Source: Cetorhinus maximus (Eukaryota). Taken from it: a DNA stretch of 64,000 bases. Where the stretch lies: NCBI RefSeq assembly GCF_964194155.1, contig NC_135906.1, forward strand, positions 22,196,001-22,260,000, read 5' to 3'. The notes beneath the pieces were generated by a model that worked only from the letters and a program-made list of their open reading frames with translations, ran no database searches and had not been told where the DNA came from. The position numbers and the translations under genes are program-made. This document shows, piece by piece, positions 62,765 through 64,000 of this stretch (positions are counted from its first letter, which is position 1; each line of letters begins with the position of its first letter).

Positions 62765-63040
62765 AAGTACATGGAAATTCGGGGCACAGTCTCCGGATAA
62801 GGGGCCGACTGTTTAGGACTGAGATGAGGAGAAATTTCTTCACTCAAAGGGTTCTTTGGAATTCTCTACCCCAGATGGTTGGGATGGACAGATTTTTGGC
62901 CTGTCCGGGAATTAAGGGACATGGGGAATGGGCATGAAAATGGAGTTGAAGCTCAAGTTCAGCCAAGATCGTATTGAATGGCGGAGCAGGCTTGATGGGC
63001 TGAGTGGCCTATCCCTACTCCTATTCCTTGTGTTTTTATG
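62765..63040 (+). mobile_element. CR1 3' tail fragment (similar tails near 10330, 14235, 26755, 47040, 48590 and 53180)
   Basis: gatgaggagaaatttcttcactca...ttgaatggcggagcaggcttgatgggctgagtggcct. Confidence 0.75.
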
Positions 63041-64000
63041 GAATGGCCGGTCCCCTTGGCTCTGGTCGTCACTGTACCTCCACACTGAGTCAAGAGAGAG
63101 GGAGCAGCAAGCGGCTAGAGACACGTGCAAATTTCCACTCGATGCACCATTGCAGTGACTGAACATGGCATTGTCATAACAACACAGCAAGCAAATACTG
63201 TGGATGTTGGAAACCTGACCTAAAAACAGAAACCATTTGAAATGCTCCAGTGAACGAGGCAGCATTGGCAGAAAGAGGAACAGAGTTAACATTTCAGGTT
63301 GGTGACTTTTTGACAGAAATATGTTATATTATATTCTGTGTCATTACCACAAGTTATGCACAGCTACCAAAAGCAAAAAAGAAACTGACCAAGCCTCTGG
63401 ACTTCCTCTTTAAGTACTCCAAGACCCTCACTAAAGTATTCGCTCAAGATTCATTTTGTACCTAGCTTCTCTGTGTATTTCGCTTCTGTGTGTTTTTCTT
63501 CATTATGGAATGAAAGCCAACATATCCCACAACTGCCTTGTTACACCCCAGATGTGTTCACTGCACCCATTTTGATGGTAACTGTGTTGGAGGGTTGCAT
63601 TGTGTGTAGAGAATTTGAAGGTTGTGTGTGCAGTAATCCTGCCAACATGGATACATGAGGGAATTCTGTTCTTCAGCCAGAAGAACACATGATTTGTGGG
63701 TGCTGAAAGGCCTTTTCACCTCCAAAGGGGAGTTTCCCGCTGATTTCTCTGCAGTTAGCAGGGTTTTTCTGAAGCTTTGCATGCATGGACATTCAACAAC
63801 TCCCAGGCCCTTTAAAGACAAACTGATCGGGTAATTTGTAAGCTGTAGTATGTAACCTGGAGGAAGCAATGGTTCAGGATGTGGACTCCCTGCTGTCAAT
63901 ACTCCCCTTTTACCAATAGGAATAGCCATTAGGCTAGAATATCGTCATGCTTGATTTGAGGAAGTTTGCAATGGGGGAGGAGTGTGATGAGAAAGGTAAG

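Larger units (their letters stand above)
28211..64000 (+). other. Probable intron 1 of the F-BAR gene (>35 kb, repeat-rich)
   Basis: I found no exon encoding the expected DQF..HTQWG sequence by eye; the region is dominated by interspersed repeats. Confidence 0.6.

Noticed and set aside
1-64000. Prokaryotic-type systems (CRISPR arrays, operons) or endogenous viral genes
   Set aside because: The sequence is intron-rich vertebrate DNA; I saw no spacer-repeat array or viral ORF.

Overview
Vertebrate genomic DNA with spliced exons, CpG depletion and assembly gaps. The repeat content (CR1 and L2 LINEs, DeuSINE-type SINEs, Penelope-derived palindromic elements) points to a cartilaginous fish (inference). 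Three genes are visible. (1) The first two coding exons of a GPR107/GPR108-family gene on the minus strand (4996-5088, 438-554). (2) Head-to-head with it, a DR1/NC2-beta-like gene on the plus strand: the end of coding exon 1 at 8321-8338 emerges from a 200-N gap, followed by exon 2 (11991-12154) and exon 3 (16058-16195). (3) The 24-nt first coding exon (MEWGTELW, 28187-28210) of a CIP4/TRIP10-FNBP1-family F-BAR gene; its intron 1 appears to fill the rest of the window. The main finding is the gene order GPR108-like(-) / DR1-like(+) / TRIP10-like(+). In human these neighbours are split between paralogous loci (GPR108-TRIP10, GPR107-FNBP1, DR1-FNBP1L), so this window probably holds a retained whole-genome-duplication paralog. 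The most likely candidate is a second DR1, whose KRRK nuclear localisation signal reads ERRK. Also present: a ZNF143/ETS/CCAAT bidirectional promoter, a 1.7-kb purine/pyrimidine minisatellite, and short Penelope-type hairpin insertions carrying degenerate hammerhead-ribozyme motifs. Most long ORFs in the supplied track are low-complexity or LINE artefacts. Repeat boundaries are approximate; comparisons with human proteins and repeat families are from memory, not from a search.
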